From a virus (lineage: Duplodnaviria > Caudoviricetes): 64,000 nucleotides of DNA. This document shows, piece by piece, positions 1 through 8,623 of this stretch (the first letter of the stretch is position 1; each line of letters begins with the position of its first letter). The notes under the pieces are model-generated. The model was not told the DNA's origin. It made no database searches and worked only from the letters and a program-made list of their open reading frames with translations. The translations under genes were made by a program, and so were the position numbers. The stretch lies in the IMG/VR virus record IMGVR_UViG_2724679363_000011, positions 1 to 64,000 of that record; one strand, written 5' to 3'.

Positions 1-489
1 GTGAATGTAACTCAGTTAAAACTAACAAAACCTCAGCATGACTGGATTAATGGCTGGCTTGAGTTATGGGGCGCATGGGTTTACTCAGGAAGATTAGAGA
101 AGCGCATGAGCAGCGTTATAGCTCAGTACATGGCGACAGTAGAACCACAGAAATATCCAGATAGGCCGATGTGTAATGACGATGACGGAATGTTGATTTC
201 TCAGGTCGTAGATTCTGTCATGTACATTGATGCAAAGGCCTTCGGGATATTGATGAGCTACTACGTGAACAATTCAACTGAATACGCAATATCAGTCTAC
301 AGCTACAAGAGTGCAAATCCCCGCAAGATAACCACACGTGGAGGTAATCGACTTAAGCGCCCATCGCTATCAACCTGCCGCAGAGAAGTTAAAGAAATAC
401 TGGAGGCCAGTGTCTTTATGATTTACCAACCGCTGCTATCTGCGATGAACAGTCGTAAACGTGTAGGTAAAATTCAGAAAGTTGCTTAG
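1..489 (+). CDS. Q: Late antitermination protein Q, phage 21 type
   Basis: WLELWGAWVYSGRLEKRMSSVIA...RPMCNDDDGMLISQVVDSV matches the Q21 family; directly upstream of pR' and lysis genes. GTG start is at the window edge. Confidence 0.92.
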   Translation: MNVTQLKLTKPQHDWINGWLELWGAWVYSGRLEKRMSSVIAQYMATVEPQKYPDRPMCNDDDGMLISQVVDSVMYIDAKAFGILMSYYVNNSTEYAISVYSYKSANPRKITTRGGNRLKRPSLSTCRREVKEILEASVFMIYQPLLSAMNSRKRVGKIQKVA

Positions 490-495
490 AAAGTG

Positions 496-537
496 TTGAC
501 ACGTTTGAGCAAATGAGCAATGATAAGTAGGTAAGGT
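496..537 (+). promoter_or_regulatory. Late promoter pR' with Q21-type Q-binding element and sigma-dependent pause element
   Basis: TTGACA (496-501), 17-bp spacer carrying tandem TGAGCAA repeats, -10 AATGAT (519-524), -10-like TAAGGT (532-537); same layout as phage 21 pR'. Confidence 0.85.
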
Positions 538-567
538 GCCGTATCTGTCTTAAGTCGGTGCCGCAAG

Positions 568-606
568 TACAAAGAAGCCTCGGTTAATCGCCGGGGCTTC
601 TTTGTA
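568..606 (+). terminator. tR'-like intrinsic terminator
   Basis: TACAAAGAAGCCTCGG-7 nt-CCGGGGCTTCTTTGTA inverted repeat just after pR'. Confidence 0.8.
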
Positions 607-752
607 TGGCTGTGGTGGAGGTGCTTTGAAGCGTGCTTCTTGCCGGTTGCGTTGCTTCAAAGCCCCTTTTCATTTCTACATTCGCATGGGTACTGGATTG
701 GTTAATCCAATCGTTGTGAAACAGTATCCAGCCGAATGCGTTAACTTATTTT

Positions 753-779
753 AAGGCTGCCAATTTGGTGGCCTTTTTT
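753..779 (+). terminator. Intrinsic terminator upstream of holin
   Basis: AAGGCTGCCA-ATT-TGGTGGCCTT followed by a T tract. Confidence 0.7.
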
Positions 780-897
780 ATTTAGCTCCCGCCTACACCA
801 ATCAACCGCAAACACCCTCTAGCGAAAAGTGGAAACGGCGGCGAGCTATCCCCAAAACAGCATATACACGCCCAGGCCAACTGGCAGGGGGAGACAA

Positions 898-1095
898 ATG
901 AGAATGGACAAATATTCAAGCGGCTCATCCTACTGGTTCGGCGGTATAACCACGATGCTTGGCGCGCTGTCATTAAATGAGTGGGCTGTTTTAATCGGCA
1001 TTATCTGTACTGTCGGCACATTTGGTGTGAATTGGCATTACAAGCGTAAAGAATTCCAGTTGCGGGAGAAGGCTAATGAGTCCAGCTCTTCGTAA
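898..1095 (+). CDS. S: Class II holin/pinholin (S21-like) with dual start
   Basis: Met-Arg-Met start after GGGGGAG SD; two hydrophobic segments; SLNEWAVLIGIICTVGTFGVNWHYKRK motif. Confidence 0.88.
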   Translation: MRMDKYSSGSSYWFGGITTMLGALSLNEWAVLIGIICTVGTFGVNWHYKRKEFQLREKANESSSS

Positions 1096-1558
1096 TAAGA
1101 TAATTGGCGTATCGGCTGCCGGGGCGCTGGCGATTGCCGGAGCTTTGTTGGGTGGTGACGATGGTTTAGAGGGCCGCAACCATGTGGCTTACTACGATGT
1201 CGTAAATGTTTTAACGGTATGCGATGGGCACACCGGTAAAGACATTATCCTCAACAAAAAGTATTCAGATGCTGAGTGCGACGCTTTATTGCAGAAAGAC
1301 CTGGCACCAGCGCAACGTACTGTAGATGCCGCGGTAAAAGTCCCGCTGAGCAAATATCAGAAAGCCGCTCTCTACTCATTCACCTATAACGTTGGCCAGA
1401 GCGCATTCACTAAATCCACTCTACTTAAAAAACTCAACACTGGCGATATCAAAGGCGCTTGCGATGAGTTACGCCGCTGGACATATGCCGGTGGCAAACC
1501 GTGGAAGGGATTGCAGAACCGACGCGAGATAGAGAGGGAATTATGTTTAGCGGGATAA
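1076..1558 (+). CDS. R: SAR endolysin (GH24 lysozyme)
   Basis: N-terminal Gly/Ala-rich SAR segment; E-x8-D-x5-T triad (EGRNHVAYYDVVNVLT); GLQNRREIERELCL C-terminus. Confidence 0.93.
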   Translation: MSPALRNKIIGVSAAGALAIAGALLGGDDGLEGRNHVAYYDVVNVLTVCDGHTGKDIILNKKYSDAECDALLQKDLAPAQRTVDAAVKVPLSKYQKAALYSFTYNVGQSAFTKSTLLKKLNTGDIKGACDELRRWTYAGGKPWKGLQNRREIERELCLAG

Positions 1559-1935
1559 AGAACATATTCACCTACTTGCCTGCGCTACTGCTCATCATTC
1601 TGGCTGGCTTATCACTTCACTATTACAACCAGGCTGATGAATGGCACGACAAGGCAGATGCGGCCGCTAAAGAACGCGACGAGGCCCGGTTTATTCTCAG
1701 CAACCAGGTACGCATGGTTAACATCATCAACGATATCGCCAAGGCCAACGAGAATGACAAACAGAAAATTGCTCAAGCGGGTGAGGCTCGCGTTGTTTAC
1801 ATTCGAGAAGCGATTAAAGGCGACGATTGCACTAATAAGCCTGTTCCTGCTGCCGCTGCTGACCTCTTGCGGAAACACGCAAATCAAATACGTTCAGGTG
1901 CCACAGGTACCGATACCAGCAAGCTTACTTTCTGA
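1543..1935 (+). CDS. Rz: Inner-membrane spanin
   Basis: N-terminal TM helix, coiled coil, C-terminal Cys; follows endolysin. Confidence 0.85.
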   Translation: MFSGIKNIFTYLPALLLIILAGLSLHYYNQADEWHDKADAAAKERDEARFILSNQVRMVNIINDIAKANENDKQKIAQAGEARVVYIREAIKGDDCTNKPVPAAAADLLRKHANQIRSGATGTDTSKLTF

Positions 1936-2083
1936 CTGCACCCCTCCAAAAATCCAAGAGGTATTAACTTGGGGTAACAGCCTATTACTGAATGACACCT
2001 TGTTGACGGTGATAGAGCAGTGCAACGCAGATAAGGCGAGCATTCGGCAAATTGAAGAAAAGCGGGGACAGCAGCCCCGCTGA
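1754..2083 (+). CDS. Rz1: Outer-membrane spanin lipoprotein overlapping Rz (start uncertain)
   Basis: Lipobox LLTSC, Pro-rich segment, LTWG...CNADKASIR motif; +1 frame overlap with Rz. Confidence 0.82.
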   Translation: MTNRKLLKRVRLALFTFEKRLKATIALISLFLLPLLTSCGNTQIKYVQVPQVPIPASLLSDCTPPKIQEVLTWGNSLLLNDTLLTVIEQCNADKASIRQIEEKRGQQPR

Positions 2084-2088
2084 ATTAA

Positions 2089-2304
2089 TCACCCAACTTT
2101 GCGGTAAGGGTAGCCAGCTTTTTTGATGTTCACATCAAAATACTGTCCCTTAGACGGAGCGTTCATTAATGACGTGTGAACGGAGGCAGGGACTTTCGAA
2201 TATTGATAGACGCCACCTCCTAGAAAAGCAATTTCCAAAGTGGAACTTGCACTATCGTAACCAACTGAATGAAGGTTTGAAGATGAAACAGGTTGACGAA
2301 TCAA
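2089..2304 (-). CDS. KTSC-domain protein
   Basis: VSSSNLHSVGYD...LEIAF..GGVYQY..VP...LMNAPSKGQYF signature; TTG start with AAGGAG SD. Confidence 0.88.
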   Translation of the reverse strand: MIRQPVSSSNLHSVGYDSASSTLEIAFLGGGVYQYSKVPASVHTSLMNAPSKGQYFDVNIKKAGYPYRKVG

Positions 2305-2453
2305 TTGATAAATCTCCTTTAAGTGGCAAAAGCGCCAAAGAGATAATTGAACACTTCAAGAGCTATAACTTTGTCGATGATCATGGTCACCGATTGGACA
2401 TGTGCTTGGACTTCACAGATTTGGTTGAAATGGCGACAAGTGCCAGAGAATAG
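2283..2453 (+). CDS. Small hypothetical phage protein (56 aa)
   Basis: ATG after GAAGGT; 5' end overlaps the KTSC gene on the opposite strand. Confidence 0.45.
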   Translation: MKQVDESIDKSPLSGKSAKEIIEHFKSYNFVDDHGHRLDMCLDFTDLVEMATSARE

Positions 2454-2767
2454 AATTGTTTAACCCCACTGGAGGTTGATCATTATCTTGCTGACGGGTA
2501 AGCCGTAAGTGGTGTAGCAACGCCGAGAGGAGTGGCAAAGCCGCGAATCAGAGTGGAAAGAAGTATTGAATCAAGTGATATATGGGTTTGTGGTTTTGCC
2601 CTAAACACCAAAGAGCGATACCGACTACTACAGGAATTTTCATTCCAATTTCGATGATAATCATAGTTTATTCCTCACATAGCGAGACGAGATTGTTCCC
2701 AATAGTGAGTCGTAAATAATAAACTATATAAAACAGTTAGTTGTAAGTTATCAAAATCCTAAAAATC

Positions 2768-2796
2768 AGGCTCAGTTTAACGACTGGGCCTTTTTT
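2768..2796 (+). terminator. Intrinsic terminator
   Basis: AGGCTCAGT-loop-ACTGGGCCT plus T tract. Confidence 0.75.
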
Positions 2797-2943
2797 ACAC
2801 CCGCAATACCCCGCGCACCGAAAGCGCAATAACCCACCGAAGAACCTGTTTAGGAATGAAGCCTGTGGATCCCAGCATGACTGGCGAGTCTCTTCGGGCT
2901 GCTATCCATTTCGGCAGGCTTCATCTCTAAAAAGGTAATCGCC

Positions 2944-3645
2944 ATGCAATATCCAGTTAATGATCAAGTAATGTCTATGACCAGCATTGAAATCGCTGAG
3001 ATGGTAGAAAAGCGACATGACAATGTTAAACGAACTATCGAAACGCTGATTGAAAAGGGCGTGATAGCTTCTCCTCATTTTGAGGAAAAGCCCACAGCAG
3101 GACGCCCATTGTCTATTTACGTTTTTGAAGGTGAGCAGGGGAAGCGAGACAGTATTATTATTGTCGCCCAACTATCACCAGAATTTACCGCCAAGCTAGT
3201 AGACCGCTGGCAAGAATTGGAAAAGGCTGTAAATCAACCCATTCGCATACCTCAATCCCTACCTGAAGCATTGCGCTTAGCTGCTGACCTTGCCGAACAG
3301 AAAGCTCAGCTAGAAAACAAGTTGGCTATTGCCGCTCCAAAGATTGATTTCGTTGATAACTACGTCAATGCATCCGGTTCATTTGGCTTCCGTGAGGCTT
3401 GCAAGCTACTGAAGGCGAAAGAGCCAGAGTTCAGGGCGTTCCTGATTGCTTCGAATGTTATGTATGTTCTTGGTGGAAAGATGACACCTCGCGCTCCGCA
3501 TATTGATGCAGGCCGATTCACTGTAAAGACTGGTGAAAACCTTAACAACGGGCATGCATTTACCCAGGCTAAATTCACAACGAAGGGTATTCAGTGGATA
3601 GCTGGACTGTGGGCATCTTGGCAGTTGAATAATCAGGCCGCATGA
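2944..3645 (+). CDS. Rha-family regulator with C-terminal KilAC (antirepressor) domain
   Basis: MTSIEIAEMVEKRHDNVKRTIE (Rha); PQSLPEALRLAADL linker; KFTTKGIQWI (KilAC). Confidence 0.88.
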   Translation: MQYPVNDQVMSMTSIEIAEMVEKRHDNVKRTIETLIEKGVIASPHFEEKPTAGRPLSIYVFEGEQGKRDSIIIVAQLSPEFTAKLVDRWQELEKAVNQPIRIPQSLPEALRLAADLAEQKAQLENKLAIAAPKIDFVDNYVNASGSFGFREACKLLKAKEPEFRAFLIASNVMYVLGGKMTPRAPHIDAGRFTVKTGENLNNGHAFTQAKFTTKGIQWIAGLWASWQLNNQAA

Positions 3646-3726
3646 CCGGCTCAAAAATGAGCCCGTTGATAATAAAGACAAATTGAGAGCCACTTTCACA
3701 ACGGCTCTCAATCATTAGGGTGAACT

Positions 3727-4101
3727 ATGGCACTGAAAGCGACGAAAGAACTGAAGGTGCCACTATACGACGTGCGGGTCATCATCTTCTCAACAAAGGA
3801 AGCGGGCGATAAGTTCCTCGGCTATGAAAGCATATCGACTAACTACTCAGCCATGGTAAGCGTGCTTCAGTGCTCAAAAGGTATTGACTACATCGCTATA
3901 ACCTTCAGAACACTTGATGATTATTGCAGCGAGACATTAACCCATGAGTGCGTACATGCCGCATGGAGAGTGCTTGAGCTCGTTGGTATCACCGTATCAG
4001 TAGATAATCAAGAGCCTCTCGCTTATCTGGCAGGTTGGCTATCTAAGCAAGTGAATAACTTCATGATGAACCATATAGAGGCTCAACAGCCGAAGGAATA
4101 G
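3727..4101 (+). CDS. Hypothetical protein with HExxH motif
   Basis: ETLTHECVHAA...QEPLAYLAGW. Confidence 0.7.
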   Translation: MALKATKELKVPLYDVRVIIFSTKEAGDKFLGYESISTNYSAMVSVLQCSKGIDYIAITFRTLDDYCSETLTHECVHAAWRVLELVGITVSVDNQEPLAYLAGWLSKQVNNFMMNHIEAQQPKE

Positions 4102-4104
4102 CAA

Positions 4105-4707
4105 ATGACCAAACCAGATTGGGAGGCCATCGAATCGGCGTACCGAGCTGGCTTGATGTCTATCCGAGAAATAGCATCACAACACGGCATTACTCACGGC
4201 GCTATTAACAAGCGAGCAAAGCGTGACGGATGGGAGCGAGACCTCAAGGCAAAGATAAAAGCCAAGGCTGATGCGCTGGTATCCAAACGCGAGGTATCCA
4301 CGCAGGTATCCACCGGAAAGGCTTTATCTGAGCGGATACTGATTGAGGCAAACGCCGAGGTCATTGCTAACGTCCGTATGGAGCATCGTGGTGACATCCG
4401 GCGAGCCAGAGAGATAACCAACGCCCTATTTGATGAGCTGGGTGCTGAGTGCGCAGACATTGAGGCTCTTCGCAAATTAGGCGAATTAATGCTCCAGCCA
4501 GATGAGAATGGGCGTGACCGCCTGAATGAAGTTTATCAGTCGATAATCGCATTACCTGAACGAGTCAAAGCAGTTAAGGCACTCAGCGACGCTATGAAGA
4601 ACCTTATTGGCCTTGAGCGCCAAGCCTACGATATCGGCGACGACAAAGGCGACAACGTTGTTAGTAAACTCTCCGACCTAATGGATTCATTGTCTCAGGG
4701 GGCTTAA
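4105..4707 (+). CDS. terS: Terminase small subunit
   Basis: N-terminal HTH (PDWEAIESAYRAG..SIREIA...AINKRAKRDGW); stop overlaps the terL start. Confidence 0.85.
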   Translation: MTKPDWEAIESAYRAGLMSIREIASQHGITHGAINKRAKRDGWERDLKAKIKAKADALVSKREVSTQVSTGKALSERILIEANAEVIANVRMEHRGDIRRAREITNALFDELGAECADIEALRKLGELMLQPDENGRDRLNEVYQSIIALPERVKAVKALSDAMKNLIGLERQAYDIGDDKGDNVVSKLSDLMDSLSQGA

Positions 4708-6188
4708 TGAAACCTGAGCACCTCAAGCTGTTGGCAGATAAAGACTGGCGGCTGAATAACCTTTACTGGATCACCGACAAAGAAGGCAAGCCAATCCGCT
4801 TCAGGATGACTCCTGAGCAACGCGAATACTTCGAAAGTATCCACACTCGAAATATTATTCTTAAAGCTCGTCAACTTGGCTTCACGACCGAGGTTTGCAT
4901 CATTCAGTTGGACGCCGCGCTGTTTGAGTCTGCTAAATGCGCCTTGATTGCCCACACACTGAATGACGCCAGGCGGCTGTTTCGCGAAAAGGTAAAATAC
5001 GCCTACGACAAGTTGCCCGATGAAATCAAAGCAGCCAATCCGGCAAGTAATGATTCCGCGGGCGAGTTGGTATTTAACAAAGGCGGGTCACTCTACGTCA
5101 GCACCTCATTCCGTGGCGGCACGCTGCGTTACCTGCACGTTTCAGAGTTCGGCAAGATATGCGCCAAGTATCCTGATAAAGCGCGTGAGATTGTCACTGG
5201 TGCGTTTGAGGCAGTATCGACTGGTTGCTTTGCTACGATAGAAAGCACTGCTGAAGGCCGTGCTGGTTACTTTTTCGATTACTGCCAGACGGCTGAGAAA
5301 GCTCAGTTGCAGGGTAAGAAATTATCCCCGCTGGACTGGAAGTTTTTCTTCTTCTCATGGTGGAAGAATCCGCAGTACGCAATCGACCCGGTTGAGGCTT
5401 TACCGCAACGCCTTGTTGATTACTTTGCTGAGATGGAAGCTAAGCACTGCGTTCATCTTAACGAGCGCCAGAAAGCCTGGTACTACGCCAAAGAAAAGAC
5501 GCTCGGCGATGACATGAAGCGGGAATATCCAACTATCCCCGCCGAAGCATTCCAGCAATCAGTCGAAGGCGCTTACTACGCCAAACAATTCCGCTGGCTC
5601 TATACCAATAAGCGGATCTGCAAATTACCTGATAACTCACACCTGCCGGTTCATACGTTCTGGGATTTAGGTGTGGGTGATTCGACGGTAATTTGGTTTG
5701 TCCGTGAGGTTGGTAGTGAATATCACATCATTGACTACTACGAGAATAGCGGCGAAGGGCTTAGGCATTACATGAAGGTACTGAAAGAGCGGGGTTATGA
5801 ATACGGTGAACACTGGGCACCGCATGATATCGATAACCGTGAGTTTTCTGGTGATGGCAAGACCCGCCGGCAGTTAGCGTCGGAAGGATATGAGGTAGAT
5901 GGTGAAACCTACAGTATCGAATTCAATGTTGTACCGAAGTTGAGCATTGATTCGGGCATTGAGTCTGCTCGCGAAATATTGCCACTTTGCGTTTTCGATG
6001 AAGAGAAATGTGCTGAAGGCATTACTCATCTGGAAGGCTACCGTAAAGAGTGGGATGACAAGCGCGGCTGCTGGAAAGATAAGCCACTTCATGACCATAC
6101 ATCACATGCCGGTGACGGTTTCCGTTATTTTGCTGTGGCAACGAAAAACAAATTATCCATTCAAGGCATGTTGGTGCGTAAGCGCTGA
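4707..6188 (+). CDS. terL: Terminase large subunit
   Basis: LKARQLGFTT Walker A, LHVSEFG Walker B, IESTAEG, WDLG and HAGDGFRY nuclease motifs. Confidence 0.95.
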   Translation: MKPEHLKLLADKDWRLNNLYWITDKEGKPIRFRMTPEQREYFESIHTRNIILKARQLGFTTEVCIIQLDAALFESAKCALIAHTLNDARRLFREKVKYAYDKLPDEIKAANPASNDSAGELVFNKGGSLYVSTSFRGGTLRYLHVSEFGKICAKYPDKAREIVTGAFEAVSTGCFATIESTAEGRAGYFFDYCQTAEKAQLQGKKLSPLDWKFFFFSWWKNPQYAIDPVEALPQRLVDYFAEMEAKHCVHLNERQKAWYYAKEKTLGDDMKREYPTIPAEAFQQSVEGAYYAKQFRWLYTNKRICKLPDNSHLPVHTFWDLGVGDSTVIWFVREVGSEYHIIDYYENSGEGLRHYMKVLKERGYEYGEHWAPHDIDNREFSGDGKTRRQLASEGYEVDGETYSIEFNVVPKLSIDSGIESAREILPLCVFDEEKCAEGITHLEGYRKEWDDKRGCWKDKPLHDHTSHAGDGFRYFAVATKNKLSIQGMLVRKR

Positions 6189-6199
6189 CGGAGGATGAC

Positions 6200-7675
6200 G
6201 TGAGCAATAATATTGATATTAAAGCGTTGTCCATGGCGGTAAACAGCCTAGCGATTGAACGCGCCCGAATGATGAACCTCAGTTTCGGTAAGTCAGGAAA
6301 TACTAAGCGAACTCGGATATATCAGGAGTTTGGGTATCCAGAGAACCTGACTTTTGATGAGTATTACAACGCCTATGAGCGTAATGCAGTGGCTGGGGCA
6401 GCAATAAAGAGGATGGTTGAAGGCTGCTGGGAAGATTACCCCGAAGTGTTTGATGGTGAAAAATCGCAAGATTCCAAGGGGGAAACACCATGGGATAAAG
6501 CAACTAAGAAGCTACTCAAACGCTGCTGGAAGCAAATTAAAGATGCTGACCGGCGTAATCTTGTTGGGCGCTATTCGGCCCTGTTGATTCAGCTACGCGA
6601 TAACGCTCAATGGTCTGATCCGATAGTGGCAACCACCATCGGATCACTCAAGGAGAAAGCACTCGTTAGGCTAATTCCCGTATGGGAGTCGCAGCTTGAT
6701 GTTTCTGACTGGGATACTGACCCGCTTAGCGAGAATTATGGGCAGCCTAAAATGTATTCCTACACCGAATTACCGGTTGAAGGGCAGCATAGCGGAGCAC
6801 CATCTCGACAAGTCAATATTCACCCTGATCGCGTTATCATCCTGGCTGAAGGTTCCGAGGATGGGACGCTAACCTCTGGAGTTCCACTACTAAGAGCTGG
6901 TTTCAATAAGCTGCTTGATATCGAAAAGACATCTGGCGGGGCTGCTGAGGGCTTCCTGAAGAACGCCAGCCGACAACTAAATTACGAGTTCGATAAAGAT
7001 ACCAACTTTAAGACGCTAGCAGCAGCGTTAGGCGTCCCCCCTGATAGTTTAGCTGATGGTCTGGATGAGCAGGTTAAGCGACTAAATAACAGCACTGATA
7101 GTGCCGCGTTCATGCAGTCAGGTAAAGCGACTGTATTATCGGTTACGCCTGGCGATCCTGAACCTACGTGGCGAACTCTCGTTAATGAATTTTGCTCAAC
7201 CATCCCAATGCCTTTCAAGGTTCTAATGGGTATGCAAACGGGCGAGCGAGCATCGTCTGAAGATGCGAAGGATTGGGCCAAAACTCGTATGTCACGCCGT
7301 AATGGCTTCCTGTCCGATCTGATTGAAACTGTTCTTGCTCGTTTCTGGACTGTCGGCATTATTGATGAGCCACCATCTGGTGAGATTACAATCTCATGGT
7401 CTGACTTACTCGCGCCCAGCAAGGCAGAGAAAATTGCTGATGCTGACAAGATGGCTGATGTAGCGGTTAAGACACAAAACGCATTTGGGCGTTCAGCTAT
7501 TAAAGAGAACGAAATCCGGGCCGCCGCTGAGTTACCAACTTTGCCAGAGTACGAGATAGAGCTACCACCGCTACCAATAGGAGACCCGTTGACCGATGAT
7601 AAACAAACGTCCGGGCCTGCCGGTGATACCACGAAACAAGGCGGACCCAACTCAAAGCAGCCGCCAGGTAAATAA
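6200..7675 (+). CDS. Portal protein (DUF1073-like)
   Basis: Position after terL, 491 aa, IHPDRVI and GMQTGERAS motifs. Confidence 0.85.
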   Translation: MSNNIDIKALSMAVNSLAIERARMMNLSFGKSGNTKRTRIYQEFGYPENLTFDEYYNAYERNAVAGAAIKRMVEGCWEDYPEVFDGEKSQDSKGETPWDKATKKLLKRCWKQIKDADRRNLVGRYSALLIQLRDNAQWSDPIVATTIGSLKEKALVRLIPVWESQLDVSDWDTDPLSENYGQPKMYSYTELPVEGQHSGAPSRQVNIHPDRVIILAEGSEDGTLTSGVPLLRAGFNKLLDIEKTSGGAAEGFLKNASRQLNYEFDKDTNFKTLAAALGVPPDSLADGLDEQVKRLNNSTDSAAFMQSGKATVLSVTPGDPEPTWRTLVNEFCSTIPMPFKVLMGMQTGERASSEDAKDWAKTRMSRRNGFLSDLIETVLARFWTVGIIDEPPSGEITISWSDLLAPSKAEKIADADKMADVAVKTQNAFGRSAIKENEIRAAAELPTLPEYEIELPPLPIGDPLTDDKQTSGPAGDTTKQGGPNSKQPPGK

Positions 7676-8588
7676 GATGCGCAGTGATATCGCCCAGCGG
7701 TATTACGACATCAAAGTAGCGCTCAGACAGCAATTCGATATTTATCTAACCGGTACCATTCAAACCAATAACTCTCAATCAAGCGCCATTATCTGCAATA
7801 ACGAAGCAGATGAGCTGCCATCGCTTTATTACGTCAATGCCGGAGAGTTTATCTACGACATGGACGCAAGGCGATTGGCAGCGCTGCTGGAGATTGTGCA
7901 GACGATACTCGACGATTATCTGCTTGAGGGGAATAGTCAAAATATTTGGGCCATGTCATATGTCTCGTCTGAATTTGAACGCGGCACATTAAATGCCTAC
8001 ACAAACCTTGCGGCGCAGTCACCCGTATATGCTGCGCAAACCACGTTATCGCAATTGCTGTTTAGCGCACCTTACCTTAATCAGATACAGATGGCCTACG
8101 TACCAGTGTATAGCGACTGGAAAGGGTTATCAGATACCACTCGCGCTGATTTAGCTAACGTTCTGGCTGACGCTATAGGCCGAGGAATTAACCCGCGAGA
8201 GACTGCCAGCATAATCAGCAAGCGTCTTGATGTATCGATGAGTAAGGCTGATAACATTGCTCAGACTGAGCAAGTTGGCGCATTGCGTCAGGCTCAATGG
8301 GCGGAAACAGAGTGGGCTAAAGAGCGTCTTGGACTGAATACCATGTTGCTGCATCTGTCGGCGCTGAAACCAACAACGCGAATGAACCATGCATATTGGC
8401 ATGGTCGGTTGCGGACTGTGGCTGACGTGCGGGAGTGGTACAGCATTGATGGCAACAAATACCGGTGCTATTGCAGCCAGATACCAGTGATTGTCGATGA
8501 CAACGGCAAGCTTCTTAACCCCAACTTAATTGAGCGACTTGTTGTTGAGCGTAAGCAGTGGCAAGAAACGGAAGGCATTACGACATAG
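7596..8588 (+). CDS. Minor head morphogenesis protein (SPP1 gp7/MuF-like)
   Basis: IAQTEQ...TTRMNH...CYCS motif; follows portal. Confidence 0.82.
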   Translation: MINKRPGLPVIPRNKADPTQSSRQVNKMRSDIAQRYYDIKVALRQQFDIYLTGTIQTNNSQSSAIICNNEADELPSLYYVNAGEFIYDMDARRLAALLEIVQTILDDYLLEGNSQNIWAMSYVSSEFERGTLNAYTNLAAQSPVYAAQTTLSQLLFSAPYLNQIQMAYVPVYSDWKGLSDTTRADLANVLADAIGRGINPRETASIISKRLDVSMSKADNIAQTEQVGALRQAQWAETEWAKERLGLNTMLLHLSALKPTTRMNHAYWHGRLRTVADVREWYSIDGNKYRCYCSQIPVIVDDNGKLLNPNLIERLVVERKQWQETEGITT

Positions 8589-8623
8589 CACTACCACCGA
8601 TTAAACCATAAAGAGGACTCAGC

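Noticed and set aside
2463-2560. Possible ncRNA around CTGACGGGTAAGCCGTAAGTGG
   Set aside because: Only a short hairpin is evident; family and boundaries cannot be assigned without an alignment
6982-7650. 222-aa minus-strand ORF, and similar shadow ORFs such as 27198-27779, 21113-21562 and 19391-19876
   Set aside because: Antisense to well-supported structural genes, with no SD or recognisable motifs
6200-7675. Anti-CBASS Acb1 label sometimes attached to this family
   Set aside because: Size and position after terL indicate a portal protein
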